From Octopus vulgaris (Eukaryota), in contig OX597830.1 in NCBI GenBank assembly GCA_951406725.2, positions 65,286,001 to 65,350,000 of the forward strand: DNA of 64,000 nucleotides, written 5' to 3'. The stretch's first letter is position 1. The number at the start of each line of letters is the position of its first letter. Made by a program: the position numbers and the translations under genes. The notes beneath the pieces are model-generated. The model saw only the letters and a list, made by a program, of their open reading frames with translations. It did not search any database and was not told the origin of the DNA. Below are positions 12,681 to 26,356 of the stretch, one piece after another.

Positions 12681-13240
12681 TCTTTTGGAGTCTGTGTTGC
12701 ATTGTGTTGACAGACTTGCACTTAAAATTCTCACACTTTTAATCAACATCTGAAGAACCAAGACAAATCCTGACATCATAAGCTCTCAACATATGATGAT
12801 CCCATGAAGTTTCATCTTTTTGATGTCAGTATTTCTAAGTTTCATACATAATGGCATTGTCACTGAAACATGGAATTAATGAATGTAGAATACACTTATG
12901 TATATCATAGTTAATGAAATATTAGGCACACTATAAGAGAAATCAGTTAAAAATTGTTTGGTATGAGTCACGGCACTTTTTTTATATATGCTCACTCCCC
13001 CTAACTATAGAACCTGGCTATGCTACTGCAAGTAATTACACCTCCGAAATAGTTATAACATTAATCTGTGTAAAGAGATGACATAAGCCTTATTAGTTAG
13101 AGTAGCATGAGAGCATCTGTCAGGGTAAGGTGAGAAACATAAATTGTATGAGTGTAATGAATTAATACAAGTGGCACTATTGTAGTGAGACAGAATGAAT
13201 AATGCATCAGTAATGAGATAGTATGAGTTATAACGGCATA

Positions 13241-13797
13241 CAAGGTGACTCCCCCCACCCAAAAAAAAAACAGAACCCATAAGAATTTTATTAAATCCTA
13301 CAAAGTTCCAGCAAATTTCCTGAAATTTGCTGGACTTAAACTTCGGTCTGTGTACCATCATTCCCTTTGCATAAAAGTCATGTTCTTTTCAAAATATGCT
13401 CCAAATGGCACACATTGCACAAACACTTGCATACGTCGCACAAAATTGTCAGTTACTTCTACACATTCCTCTTTGGAGATCACCCTGATTTCCGCTGTGA
13501 TTGCTGCCAATCGTTTGAGGGTTGTTCTGGTAAACATTATCCTTGAGATACTCCAACGGATAAAAATCTGGAGGTGGGATTCAAGTGTGGTGAATGCAGC
13601 GCCCACTCAACATTCACACTTCCTGCTAATCAGTCTCTCCTCAAATCGCTCTCTCGGCGAGGCTTGGGAATCATATGATGCATGGTGGGTAGCCCCCATC
13701 TTGCTGGAACCACTGTGCATCTTGATCTATCCCTATGCATTGTTTATTCAAAGATTTGTGGGTTCTGTTTTTTTTTTTTTTGGTAGAGGTCACCCTG
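13241..13797 (-). mobile_element. Internally deleted Tc1/mariner element with both TIRs and TA TSD
   Basis: TA|CAAGGTGAC...AAAACAGAACCCA at left, TGGGTTCTGTTTT...GTCACCCTG|TA at right; minus strand encodes WFQQDG and AITAEIRVIS...NFVRRM. Confidence 0.8.
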
Positions 13798-14359
13798 TAA
13801 TATGATGCTAATAGTTGCAGTATTAGTATAGTCTATATATAGATGGTCTATTGTTTCATATAGTAAGTTATCGCAAGGGTGAAGTAAAAAATATTTGAAG
13901 CACAAAGTTTTGGCAGAAAATAGAAGAAAACCACAAAGCAATTCCTCTCCTAAGAACTAGCGTGGAATATGTTATTATACATTAGTAACACACTTCAGAC
14001 AGTTTAGAGCTACATCAAACCCACCAAAGGAAAAAGAAACCAAAATATCATCAACAATAACAACAAAAAATAGATTACATACAGTGATCCAAGAGTTTAC
14101 TGATTCAACTAAAACAAAAACAAAAATTATTACCTGAGCCTGGGAAGTCGTTAAGAAAATATTTAAATCCAGGAAAAAATTTCAAATTTAGAAAACAGTA
14201 TAGACATCGGTGTTATAGAAACTTGGAATCAAAAGGAACGTAATTAAATAATTTAAGATAAGACATTTTGTTTAGTTTAAATAAGTTATAGCCAATCAAC
14301 AGCAAGAGAGAACTGTGAGTGAGGGGTAAATAATTGATGTGGAACTTATGGTTGGTGAG

Positions 14360-14612
14360 TGGAGGCGCGTGGCTTTGTGGTTATGGTGTCAGCATCATGA
14401 TTGTAAGATTGTGGTTTCGATTCCTGGACCGAGCGACGCGTTGTGTTCTTGAGCAAAACACTTTATTTCACGTTGCTCCAGTCCACTCAGCTGGCAAAAA
14501 TGAGTAACGCTGCGATGGACTGGTGTCCCGTCCGATCTGGGGAACACATACACCATAGAAATCGAGAAACTGGGCCCATGAGCCTGGCTAGGCTTTAAGA
14601 GGGCGCATTTAT
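14360..14612 (+). mobile_element. tRNA-headed SINE with conserved central domain (TTGTGTTCTTGAGCAAAACACTT...CTGCGATGGACTGG)
   Basis: A/B-box-like head (TGGCTTTGTGG, GGTTTCGATTCC); related copy at 43099-43375. Confidence 0.65.
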
Positions 14613-14845
14613 TTATTTATAATGGTTGGCGAACTGTTGAAGGACACAATTTGGATGATAAGAGTAGGCAAGACGTGTGAACCAGATGGACCTGAGTAAA
14701 AGCTGGACGAAATAAGCTAGATCTGAAGGGCAGAGGACGCTGTAGTAGCAGTACTAGTGGCAAGTGAGGTGACAGTGTATTTGTGATCTAGAGGTGTGGG
14801 AGTATGTTTTGGAGTAAATTTAAGACAATCAACATACAGAGACAC

Positions 14846-15279
14846 AGATGTGGCGCTGTGGTAAGAACATTGCTTCCCAACTGCATGGCTTTGGGTTCAG
14901 TCCCACTGTATGGCATCTTAGGCAAGTGTTTTCTGTAGCCTCAGGCCAACCAACGCCTTGTGAATGGATTTGATAGATGGAAAACTGAAAGAAGCCTGTC
15001 GTATATGTGTGTGTGTCCGTATGTGTGTGTATGTGCGCGCGTGTTTTGTGTGTGCATGCGCGTGTGTTCCGTTTGTGCATGTGTGTGTGTGTGTGTGTGT
15101 GTGTGCATGCCTTTGTGTCAGTGTTCTACCCCCGCCCATCATCGCTTGACAACTGGTGCTGGTCTGTGGGCTTTAAAAAAATAAGTCTTGAGATTGGTTT
15201 GTATGATTAAAAACACTTCAAAGCGGTGCTCTAGCATGGCCACAGTCAAATGACTGAAACAAATAGAAGAATAAAAGAA
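14846..15279 (+). mobile_element. SINE family B, diverged copy
   Basis: Similar to 35942-36362. Confidence 0.75.
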
Positions 15280-15739
15280 CACACATCAATTGTGTGACCT
15301 AGAGTCCGCGCTGCCTAGGGCAGCCCTTAATTTTCTCGCCCCTATACAGACTTATACCGCAGATGCAAATGTACCAAACTCATAAAAGGCTACCCCAAAA
15401 CGGACCGCCCACCCGTTACTGATAGCTCCCTCGTTTACACGCACAAATAGATTCTTCCTTTTATGTGTATGTATTTATGTGTCTTTATATGTGTGTATAT
15501 TTTGTGTGTTTATGTATATTTATGTATATGAATCTGGGGAGAGTCATTCTCTTTTAGTGCCTTATTATTTAACACACTCACCGATAAAATTTCCACTTAT
15601 TTCTTATTTTTATTTTCCTTTTCTTTTTTTATTTTCAACACACGAACTTATATAACGAATCTTGCAAACCAAATCCCAAAACGAAATATTTATATGTATA
15701 TTCATGTATATATATTTATGTATATGTATATTTATGGAT

Positions 15740-16087
15740 GGAGGCGCAATGGCCCAGTGGTTAGGGCAGCGGACTCGCGGTCGTAGGATCGTGGTTTCGA
15801 TTCCCAGACCGGGCGTTGTGAGCGTTTATTGAGCGAAAACACCTAAAGCTCCACGAGGCTCCGGCAGGGATGGTGTTGTATTCTTTCACCACAACTTTCT
15901 CTCACTCTTACTTCCTATTTCTGTTGTACCTGTATTTCAAAGGGCCTTGTCACTCTCTGTGTCACGCTACGTTAAGGGTACACGTGTCTGTGGAGTGTCA
16001 GCCACTTACACGTTAATTTCACGAGCAGGCTGTTCCGTTGATCGGATCAACCGGAACCCTCGTCGCCGTAACCGACGGAGTGCTTCC
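15740..16087 (+). mobile_element. SINE family A (tRNA-derived, GGAGGCGCAATGGCCCAGTGG head)
   Basis: A/B boxes; near-identical copies elsewhere in the window. Confidence 0.85.
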
Positions 16088-16415
16088 ATATTTATGTATA
16101 TGTATATTTACGTACATATTCGTCAAGCAAGCCCAGTTATTCCCTTTACGATGAGGCTTGACTATCATCTCTCAAGTGATCGACTCCAAAAAGTACCAAA
16201 TAAAATACTGAAGTTGATATAATCAACAAAATATTTTCAAAGCAGCCTAAAGGGAGAAAAGAATAAATTTAATTGAATTATATTAAATATATTGACTTTT
16301 TTTGGCCATCCACGAATATATTTTTGGAGACATCGTGCTGAAAATAAAGTAGAGAACTATCCAAGGGAAACAACTTTTGTCATAAACGTATTTATTAATT
16401 CCCTTCACAACGTGT

Positions 16416-16457
<42 letters not shown>

Positions 16458-16745
16458 TCTCTGTATTTGCCGGGATAATGTTTTCTTAAAAATCAAACGG
16501 GGTGCATTGTTAAAGCCGTTCAGTCGCCGGACAAAACGAGCTCCGTTATAGACCATGATGGGTATAACACTTATTGCTTCATATCCTGAGATTGAAATCT
16601 AATAGTTTATCCATAAGAAAAGTGAGTCGACTGGAAAAAGAATAGGAGTCCATTTAGCAGTAATAAAAAAATTTGCATTTATTTCAATTACAATGTAAAG
16701 TTGTAATTGAGAAAGTCATAATCTCCACAAGATCTCGTTTAACGC

Positions 16746-16796
<51 letters not shown>

Positions 16797-16834
16797 ATGA
16801 CATACATACATAAACATGGATGTATGTTCGTATG

Positions 16835-16868
<34 letters not shown>

Positions 16869-16923
16869 TGTATGTATGTGTGCAGATTTGTATGTTTTCT
16901 TTTATGTATATATTCTCATGTGT

Positions 16924-17305
16924 GGAGGCGCAATGGCCCAGTGGTTAGGGCAGCGGACTCGCGGTCGTAGGATCGCGGTTTCGATTCCCAGACCGGGCGT
17001 TGTGAGTGTTTATTGAGCGAAAACACCTAAAGCTCCACGAGGCTCCGGCAGGGGATGGTGGTGATCCCTGCTGTACTCTTTCACCACAACTTTCTCTCAC
17101 TCTTTCTTCCTGTTTCTGTTGTACCTGTATTTCAAAGGACCGGCCTTGTCACTCTCTGTGTCACGCTGAATATCCCCGAGAACTACGTTAAGGGTGCACG
17201 TGTCTGTGGAGTGCTCAGCCACTTACACGTTAATTTCACGAGCAGGCTGTTCCGTTGGTCGGATCAACCGGAACCCTCATCGTCGTAACCGACGGATTGC
17301 TTCCC
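16924..17305 (+). mobile_element. SINE family A, full length
   Basis: As above. Confidence 0.88.
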
Positions 17306-17669
17306 ATATTCTCATGTATATAGTTGCATGTCTTGACATGCTCGTATATGTTTAAACGATAAACTTCTGGAAGGTTTTACAGATTTTCATATTTCAAATA
17401 CAAGGGGCATTTTCCTTGTTCTTGCCTCGAACTCACAGGAGTAAACAAAAGAAAACGGAAACAGGGAATTTGAATACTCCGCAAATATTCTTGTAAAAAA
17501 ATTTTCATTTAATTTTTCCAAAATTTAATTGTTTTCCACACTTTGAAAAAGTCTCAATGACTGAAACCGGTACTAAAATGTTTTTTATGATAAAATTATT
17601 TTAGCATTTTCTACCTTGAATTTTTTTTCTTTATACATATCAACTTGTGTGTTCTTTTTCAACCTTCTA

Positions 17670-17952
17670 CATATTTATACTCTAGGCAGATGGCCTGAAA
17701 TTTTTGGGGAGGTGGGGCAGTCGATTAGATCGACCTCAGTACGCATCTGGTACTTAATTTATCGACCCCGAAAGGATGAAAGGCGAAGTCATCCTCGGCG
17801 GAATTTGAACTCAGAATGTAGCGAAATTTTGGGAGAGGGGGCCAGTCGATTATATCGAGCCCAGTGCGCAAATGGTACTCAATTTATAGACCCCGAAAGG
17901 ATGAAAGGCGAAATCGACCTCAGCGGAATTTGAATTCAGAACGTAAAGACAG
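17670..17952 (-). mobile_element. SINE family C, partial tandem pair
   Basis: ATCGACCCCGAAAGGATGAAAGGC core occurs twice. Confidence 0.75.
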
Positions 17953-18807
17953 ATGTGTGTGTATGTATGTATGTATGTATGTATGTATGTATGTATGTAT
18001 GTATGTATGTATGTGAGTGTGAAGAGGCATGGTTCAGTAGTAAGCGTATTCGGCTCACGAACATAAGGTCATGGTCTCGATTCCCTGCGGCGCGTTATGT
18101 CCTGTGTATAACTGTAAACTGCATCTGGTGGGGTGGATCTGGTTCGGAAGTCCCAAAGCTTTGAAGACTGGATCTGCTTCCCAGCCACTATTGTTCCCCG
18201 TTTTATTCTGACCTGATGTAGTAGCTCCTGTCAGGTTCCTAGCTATGTGATGGCAACTAGCATATATGATGACAATCAATCTGAGTACGGAGACACAGAA
18301 ATACCCTTGGTTGGTGGCAGAGCCCGCAGTAAAAACCACCGAGAGTGAGAGACCCCTAGCTATTATCACAGCATCCTTCTAGGAGAAGATACTCTGATAT
18401 AAAACCTGCGATTTCACGTGGTTATTAGTCATCTCGCTTTGTTCTGTCCCTCGGTGCAAATCAAAGAGACTCGGCGAATGGTACAAGCGTTTATCATTAT
18501 AATCCAATAACGTACAGATGTCTGTTCATGATGATTTTATTCGTTATTCCATCTACTGAAAAGTCTATGGCCATGATGAAAAGTGGAGATATGTGCAAAC
18601 CCAACCAGTTGCAAGCACACAGTATGTTACGACTTCCGTCTGTCACCTATGCTTCAAGCCATGCTGATCTACAACGGGATTGAATAGTTATTTGAAAGGT
18701 CATGGATGGAAAGTCAGAAATTGTATTGATAACGATGAAGCACAAGGAGCTGGTAATCATCTGTGAAGATGGAGCAATCCCCATGTATGTATGTATATGT
18801 ATGTATG

Positions 18808-18844
<37 letters not shown>

Positions 18845-18965
18845 TATATATATACATGTATATATACACTCACATACTCACGCACATGCATACATACATA
18901 CATACATACATACATACATACATACATACATACATACATACATACATACATGCCTACACACATAC

Positions 18966-21193
18966 AGAGGATCGATGTCTCGCGCCTCAAACTCGAGGCT
19001 GGGAACCATTTTCGGCTTGAGCTCAGAAACCGATTCCTAGCGCTTGGCGACGAGTTGGTTCACCAACCGGAGCAGGAATAGAGCGCACTCAAGACGGCGA
19101 CGACTGAGGTGGCCAGGAAGCATCTTGGGTTCACCAGACGGCGCCATCAAGGGGGATGGATCTCCGGCGACACTCTTGAACTCGCTGAGAGGGCGAGAGT
19201 GGCTCGACTGGAGGGTGCACCAAATTTTCGAGATCTGCGACGACGCGCCTCGAGGGCCATCCGGGCCGATCGGAATGCACACTGGCGTGCATTCGCAGAG
19301 CAGAAGGAAGGGGGCAGCAGCCTGTGGTGACTCGCGCAAACTCTACCAGCTGGTGAAACAGGCCAGCCGAGGCAATACGGGTATCAGTGAGACGATCTGT
19401 GATCGGACTGACGCGGGCATTACGAATCTTAGTGACCGGCTGGATCGATGGCGAGACCACTTCTCCGAGCTGCTCAGCCATCCGCCACCATCTTCACAAG
19501 CCTTCGTGCAGCCAACTGGGGACGACTACGGTTGCAGCACTGCCCCTCCAACGGTTGAGGAGGTACGCGGTGTCCTGACCCGTCTCCGGAACAACAAAGC
19601 GTCAGGCGAAGATGGTATTCCAGCAGAGGTATACAAAGCCGAGCCAGATGTCTTCGCATCCTGGCTCCATCGAGTCTTCTCCACGGTGTGGGCGATAGAG
19701 CGTTTCCCTGAGGACTGGAGTGATGCAACCCACCTGCCGTTCTTCAAAAAAGGCGACATACATACATACATACATACATACATACATACATACATACATA
19801 CATACATACATACATACATACATACATACATACATGCTCAAACTATAGGAGCATCAGCCTTATCAATGTTGCTGCCAAATCCTTCGTAATTCTTCTGCTG
19901 AAGTGGTTCCAGACCGTCCGTGATGTGTGTACCCGCCCTTCTCAGGGTGGCTTCTGTCCGGGAAGAGGGTGAGTCGATCAAACCTTCAACCTCCGGCGTG
20001 TTCTGGAACAAAGGTGGGCGTACTAGTAGCCTACTGTTCTATGCTTCATCGACTTCGCTGCTGCCTTTGATTCTGTAGATCGGGAGGCCCTGTGGCGCAT
20101 AATGCAGGCGGACGGTATCCCAGAGAAGCTGCTCCGCCTCATACAAGGCTACTACCGATCGAGTCGAGCACGCGTCAGGGTCTATGGTGAGCAGACGGCG
20201 TCGTTTGATGTTGGGACAGGTGTGCGGCAGGGGTGCGCGCTGTCGCCAACCCTCTTCAACTATGCCATTGACTACGTTCTCAACACCGCGCTCCGGAACT
20301 ACCGGGGCATAGAGGTTGGGACAGGAGTCGCGGTGACGGACCTGGCCTACGCGGACGACATCGTACTGATGGGTGCAAGCAGGGAGGATGTTCAAGCGAC
20401 TCTCGAAGGGGTTCAAACGGCAGCAGCCGAAGGTGATGAGGTCGTTGGTTCCGACTGACATCTGGCAGCCAATATCTCTCACGGGGAGGACCTGGAGGAT
20501 GTGGAGTCTTTCGTCTACTTGGGCTCAACGGTGATCCCAAACGGTCAGGGTGCAGCTGAGGTCGATCATTGCATCAATGCTGCTCGATCTGCCTTTGGAC
20601 GCCTAAAGCGGTGTCTGTGGGACCGAAGGGAGATCTCATCGGTGCCCAAAGGGCGAATATATCAGGCCGTCGTTCGTACAGTACTTCTCTATGGCTGTAA
20701 AACGTGACCTATGCGGGTGGTCGATCAATGAAGGTTGGAAGTCTTCGACAATGACTGCCTCCGGTGCATTCTTCGCTGCCATCGGGTGGATCGAGTTCCC
20801 ACCGCCAATCTCCGACTTCGCCTGTCTCTGCGGCCCCTTCCATCTGCCCTTCTGCGACGGCGCTTGCGGTGGTTTGGCCATGCATGTAGGCGTCCGGTGG
20901 GTGAACTGAGCCGTGATGTCCTTCTCCCAACTCCACTTCCCAACTGGCGGAAACGCGCGGGCGGAAACGCGCGGGCGGGCAGCTGAAGACCTGGGCTACG
21001 ACGATCAAGGAGGACCTCTCCGTGCTCACGGATCCGCAGATGGTCGGCCTACGCCGATGGAACCGTGACTGGCTCGCTATCTCCAGTGAACTGGCACAGG
21101 ACTGTTGTGCGTGGGCTGCCATGGTTCGAGATGCCTCGAGGGTGGTAGAAGAAGCCGACTCAACCCGCCCAGGGTGAATGTCACCACAAGTTC
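18966..21193 (+). mobile_element. RTE-clade LINE, 5'-truncated and decayed (RT pseudogene)
   Basis: LELRNRF, KASGEDGIPAE, FKKGD..CSNYR, FIDFAAAFDSVDR, GVRQGCALSPTLFN, LAYADDI, FVYLGS, LLYGC, RRLRWFGH; stops and frameshifts; (CATA)n flanks. Confidence 0.92.
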
Positions 21194-21239
21194 ATACATA
21201 CATACATACATACATACATACATACATACATACATACAT

Positions 21240-21550
21240 AGCCTGGGATATGTAACACACTGCCTAAATACCAATCTTGAGAAATTAGGCTTCTCAAAAC
21301 CAGAAAGGGGAAAACTAATTCGAAGACTACAGATCCAATCCATCAGTGGAACTGTAAAAATCTGTAAAACTTTCCAGAAGTTTATCATTTAAATATATAT
21401 GAGCATGTCTAGATATGTAACTATATGCATGAAAATTCATACATAAAACATACAATACATACATACAAAAATTACCCTAATATTGATGTTGAAATTCCAA
21501 TGACGGAACCTTGGATCTAGGTTAGAAACCGGTTCTTTCTCTGTTAATGA
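21240..21550 (+). mobile_element. 3' end of another RLE-type non-LTR element following (CATA)n; a shorter minus copy lies at ~17318-17390
   Basis: LGYVTHCLNTNLEKLG...LQIQSISGTVKICKTF* resembles an RLE C-terminus; repeated in the window. Confidence 0.55.
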
Positions 21551-22034
21551 CATACATATAAAACAGGCTTCTTTCAGTTCCCGTCCACCAAATCCACTCA
21601 AAAGGTCTTGGTCGACCAAGATCCATAGTCGAAAATACTTACTAAAGTCGAAAATACTTTCTCTGAGTTTGCATATCGTTTCAACGATATGGGTTGCAGT
21701 TAGTCAATCAATAGAACTATCTTCTCATTACATGATAGGATAAGCAAGCATAAAGATATTTCGTAAGCATTCGTAATATTAACAGAATCCACAAGCAAAT
21801 TCGTTGTAACAAAATACGTGTGCAGTCTTTCGGAGAAGGAAGTGAGGAAATGACAGAGTTTTCCTTTCCTTGCTTTTAGACACAAGGCCTATTGTTCCTA
21901 GACTGTACATGGGATGTCGTCATTTGGAAGTGTGTTAACCATTCGGCCTTCTATATAAGTGAGTGTGTGAATGAGTGAGTGAGTGAATGACTAATGGATG
22001 ACTGATTCTGCGTGTGTGTGTGTGTGTGTGTGTG

Positions 22035-22068
<34 letters not shown>

Positions 22069-22449
22069 CAGTATAGTCAGACAGAACTTTTTTCCATGAA
22101 AAAAACAACACGTAAATGAATAAAATTAAGCTGAAGTTAATATAGTAAACGGTTTTATTATCCAAAATAATATAAAAATATATAAATAATGGTTGCAAAA
22201 CAGATAAATTCTTCAGTTTATATCTCATTTAAAAAAATATATATAATCTTTGTTTTTTAAAAAAAACTGCTTCTTTTATAGTTTCTTTATTTATTCGTTT
22301 GTCCCATTTTTGAAGACATACAAACACATCCTACTGTTTCATTTTAATTTCTACAGGAAACTGCCGTTGCGATGTCTTGGGCTAGTTTCTTGTTTTCTCT
22401 CTGCTGTTTACAAATGGGAATAAACATTCTATCATTATTACTTCTCCAA

Positions 22450-22654
22450 CCCTTTTGTTACCAACCCGGCTGAAACCGCCTCTGGCTCTGAGTACAAATG
22501 TCTTGTTTTCATAAGTTTTGAATTTAAATCTTCCACCAAACCTTAGTCACAATTCATGTTCCTAACACTTGCTTATTGATAACTAAGTTATTTTACTAAA
22601 ATTGTAATTGAAAGAAACACAGAGCATCTCAAAATAAATACAGTAACAAAAGGG
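22450..22654. mobile_element. piggyBac-type MITE
   Basis: TIR CCCTTTTGTTAC / GTAACAAAAGGG followed by TTAA; left flank CCAA. Confidence 0.7.
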
Positions 22655-24551
22655 TTAATCGAATGAAGAGTTCCTTTACATGTTATGGGTTGAAAGCGGA
22701 TTGTTCGGGCGTGGCACATCCCTTTACGGGTTATTGAAAATGGCAGCTAAATGAAACAATGTGCTTCAACCTTAAACCAAATATGTCTCGCATATTCGAA
22801 GTAAACCACCAAGTTAGGGACATTTCATTGTGCATTCAAATCTTACTGAAGCCGAATTTGTTTTTCATCTTTGCTAGGGTTAGTAAAATCAAGGATTCAA
22901 AGTTTGGCACAAGACTAGCACATTTAAAGAAAGGGGTAAATCAATAAAGTTGAGGATAAAAGGCAAACTCGACTTCAGCAGAATTTGAACTTAAAAATGT
23001 AAAGAGTCGGAAAAAATTCCACTCAGAGCTAACGATTCTGTCAGTTCGATTGGTAAAAAATAATGGCTCCGAATACATTGGAATTGTTTGTATATAATTT
23101 TACTATATTCTACGAAAATTGCCCTTGTGCTTAACTGGATGGAATTTATTATAATTTATAGGAGTTGCGTTGCTGAAGAATTTGTTTGTGTCTGCTACCA
23201 GCTAATAACTTTTAATATTCATCAATGCGGTCTAACTTCAACTGTTCTTAAAGCATGCAAGTCAAAGAAAAGTTTATAGGTATTTTTTTTAAGAATTCGT
23301 GAAGCGACATCCATCTGGTAAAATAGAGGATTCGATTCAGTGACATACAGAATTCACTTTCATATTTCTACATCTTACGTTCAAATCTCAGACTAAATCT
23401 AACTTCGCCTTTTTTCGACTTTCGGTGACCATACATACAGTATTAATAATATACAATGTAACCTAAAAAATTCGGAAACTCACTTAGTCTGGCATTTTCT
23501 AATTTAACTAACAACATTAAGAATTTTCACTCGCCCTCCCACCAAAACAATCTTAATTAATTTTTTTCCTTTCTTTCTTTCTTTTTTCTACTCCCTGTCA
23601 TACATTGTCGTTAATACATATTTTCCCTCCAAAAGTTCAGAAATATAAACTAGAATCTCATGAATCATGCTGCTAGTGTTTACTTTTACTGTTTAAATGT
23701 ACCACATGTACTATTAATGAATTTTCTTTCTGAATGACAAAAACATGTCATCTAAATACGGAATATTCCCAAAGCCAGCATGTGTTGGTTTCAAAGGATT
23801 CCAAATCATTAAACATCTGTGCATTTGAAACAGTCGTAACAGTATCGGATAAAACATCTCTTGGTATTTTACTATCTCATCACTGCATATTCTGCATTCA
23901 AATCCCGACAAGGTCGACTTAACCTTTGGTACAATCGCAAAGCGATAAAATGAGTACCAGTGTTATACTAGGGTCACTATAATTAACTATTCCCTTCCCA
24001 TAAAATGTGTACCCACAAGCGCGGGTTAAGTTCATTTATTTTCATTAAATATTGACTTTGGGCCCAATTGGCAGACAAATTAATGCAACTGTGTATTAAT
24101 AGAGATTGTTGCCGTGCAAAGAATTCGTTGTCTTTTGTGTAAGCGACACACTTTCAGTTCATTATTAGAATTACTTGACATCGTCCTGTCTGTGCATCTG
24201 TGGCAATAAGGTCGCCTTTATGTGGCCACTAAACCCACCTGCTAGAAAAAGCAGTGTCAAATCTCCTTCAAACCACTCCCAACTACAGCGCTTCCTCTAA
24301 GACAAAATGTTGGGAACCTATAAAAATAGACCTGGGAGGTGGGGTTCTGCAGTCCAAAATGTAAAATTTCTCGGCTACATATAACACTCAGTTATTCCAT
24401 CTTATCACTTGAGAGATGAAGTTGGGAGAAAGAGTTTGTTGTTGATTAATAAAATCATTGTATTGAATAAATAGGCCTGGGGCTCGTGAAAAAACTCATT
24501 TATAAAAATAAAAGAGTTCGTTTATAAATAAAAAAGGGATATACTGTCCTA

Positions 24552-24597
<46 letters not shown>

Positions 24598-24769
24598 AAG
24601 ATGCCACATTGGCTAATGCAGTCAGAGGTATACTTTCTTTTCATTTTATCCTTAAAAAATCCCAAACGAGTCGAAAAGCCACTCAGTGTAAGAAAACGCT
24701 GTGAGTTTCGGGTCTCGTGAGATGGCTCAAAGTGATCTAGGACTAAGAAAGTTTATACGAGTACTTCCT

Positions 24770-24844
<75 letters not shown>

Positions 24845-25120
24845 ACGATCGAAAAGATTAAGACTGACGATGTCACGTCACTGTAACAGGGGATCGATCA
24901 AATTACAGACTCCCTTCTGAACCTGGTCGAGGAGATCCAAGTGACAAGATGGATATAGAAAGGATGAGATCGCCATGGCTTGGATCAATGCTGACTAGGG
25001 GCTAAAAACAACAGCTCCCTTTGGAAAAGAAATTAAAGATGTATCAACTTTCCATATCTACCCAACACATATATACGGACACACACACTTAAAAAAAAAT
25101 AATAACTCCCAGACTTCGCC

Positions 25121-26356
25121 CTATTCTTGTGTCTTATTGGGAATGAATTTAAGGAATTGTTCAACATTGTACGAATCGGTTTTAATACCAAGTTCCTCTG
25201 AGAGTTTTATCAACGACTTTTTAGCAGTTATTGGATCGGGTTCAACTGCAGCTATACTTGAAAAAGGTTCTTCTTCTTTATCTTCTAAAAGAGGCTTTTC
25301 AAGAAATTGATTGTATCGTATTTTCTTGGATTCGTGTTTGGCTCGAATTAAATTCATTTTTTGCTCATCTTTGAAAATATGAGCATGCTCTGAAGCCAAG
25401 CACATAATCCCCGCTAAATACGTTTGACTATATTTACATTTTACATGTGGTTCGATACCCAGAGATATTAATAAGACGCAAAACATAATATCAACTCCAT
25501 AACAGAACTTGATCCAATCTCTGAGATAGATGCCGCCCATTCGTGAATTAATCTCACAAAGTTTTGGTCCCGTCACTGACATAATCATTTCCACGTTAAA
25601 AACGCCGTTTTCTAAACCGATTTCAAGACAACATTGGTAAGCAGCTACGATCAGTTGGTTCTGCTTTTCATCTGAAAGAATCGAAGGCAAAAGAGCTGCC
25701 GTTTCTGTGAAATTGGGTAACCTGGTTGGACCGTTATCCGACACAAAAGCTGCAATTAATTTACGCTTATATATTATGATATCCACATCATGTTCGGTGC
25801 CTTGTAAGTAATCCATCAATACAAAAGAACGACCTAGACATAAACCAACACCAGACATTTCTAAGTCCGATAACTGTTGATAATACTGTTGGCACTCTTC
25901 TTCGTTTTGTACAAGTTTGACCCCAACTGCACTCGAGCCGTATTCCAATTTCAATACTAAAGGTAAGGAAGGCTTGTTGTTTTGGAAGATTTTGGAGATA
26001 TCAGACTGTGTGTTAATTTCATAAACATTTGAAGAATACAAAAACGTACGTGGCCAATGAGGAATATCTCCCTTTCGCTTTTGTAGCCATTTAAAAGTAA
26101 GGTATTTATTTTTTGCAATGGTGTATGCTTTATAATTTGATCCTGTTAGGTTCAAAAGTTCGCATATCGCTGCCACAAGACAGACATTTTCATCCCAGAA
26201 AGTAATACAGCCATCAATTGTTATACCTCTAGCTTGAAGCTTGGCAATAATTTCGGTGGCATTTTTATACGTCCGTTTCAAGTCAGTCAGATCATGTGGT
26301 AGGAAAGTGATATCTTGACTCAAGTGTTTAGGTTTTTCTGTATTTACCAACACAAT
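25121..26356 (-). CDS. CARNS1: CARNS1-like terminal coding exon 8 (C-terminal ATP-grasp domain)
   Basis: atttcacag|ATT acceptor; 411-codon open frame with ATP-grasp motifs ending in TAG. Confidence 0.95.
   Translation of the reverse strand: MVLVNTEKPKHLSQDITFLPHDLTDLKRTYKNATEIIAKLQARGITIDGCITFWDENVCLVAAICELLNLTGSNYKAYTIAKNKYLTFKWLQKRKGDIPHWPRTFLYSSNVYEINTQSDISKIFQNNKPSLPLVLKLEYGSSAVGVKLVQNEEECQQYYQQLSDLEMSGVGLCLGRSFVLMDYLQGTEHDVDIIIYKRKLIAAFVSDNGPTRLPNFTETAALLPSILSDEKQNQLIVAAYQCCLEIGLENGVFNVEMIMSVTGPKLCEINSRMGGIYLRDWIKFCYGVDIMFCVLLISLGIEPHVKCKYSQTYLAGIMCLASEHAHIFKDEQKMNLIRAKHESKKIRYNQFLEKPLLEDKEEEPFSSIAAVEPDPITAKKSLIKLSEELGIKTDSYNVEQFLKFIPNKTQE

Noticed and set aside
16924-16995. tRNA gene
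   Set aside because: The tRNA-like head continues into an ~380-bp body repeated six times in the window; it is a SINE.
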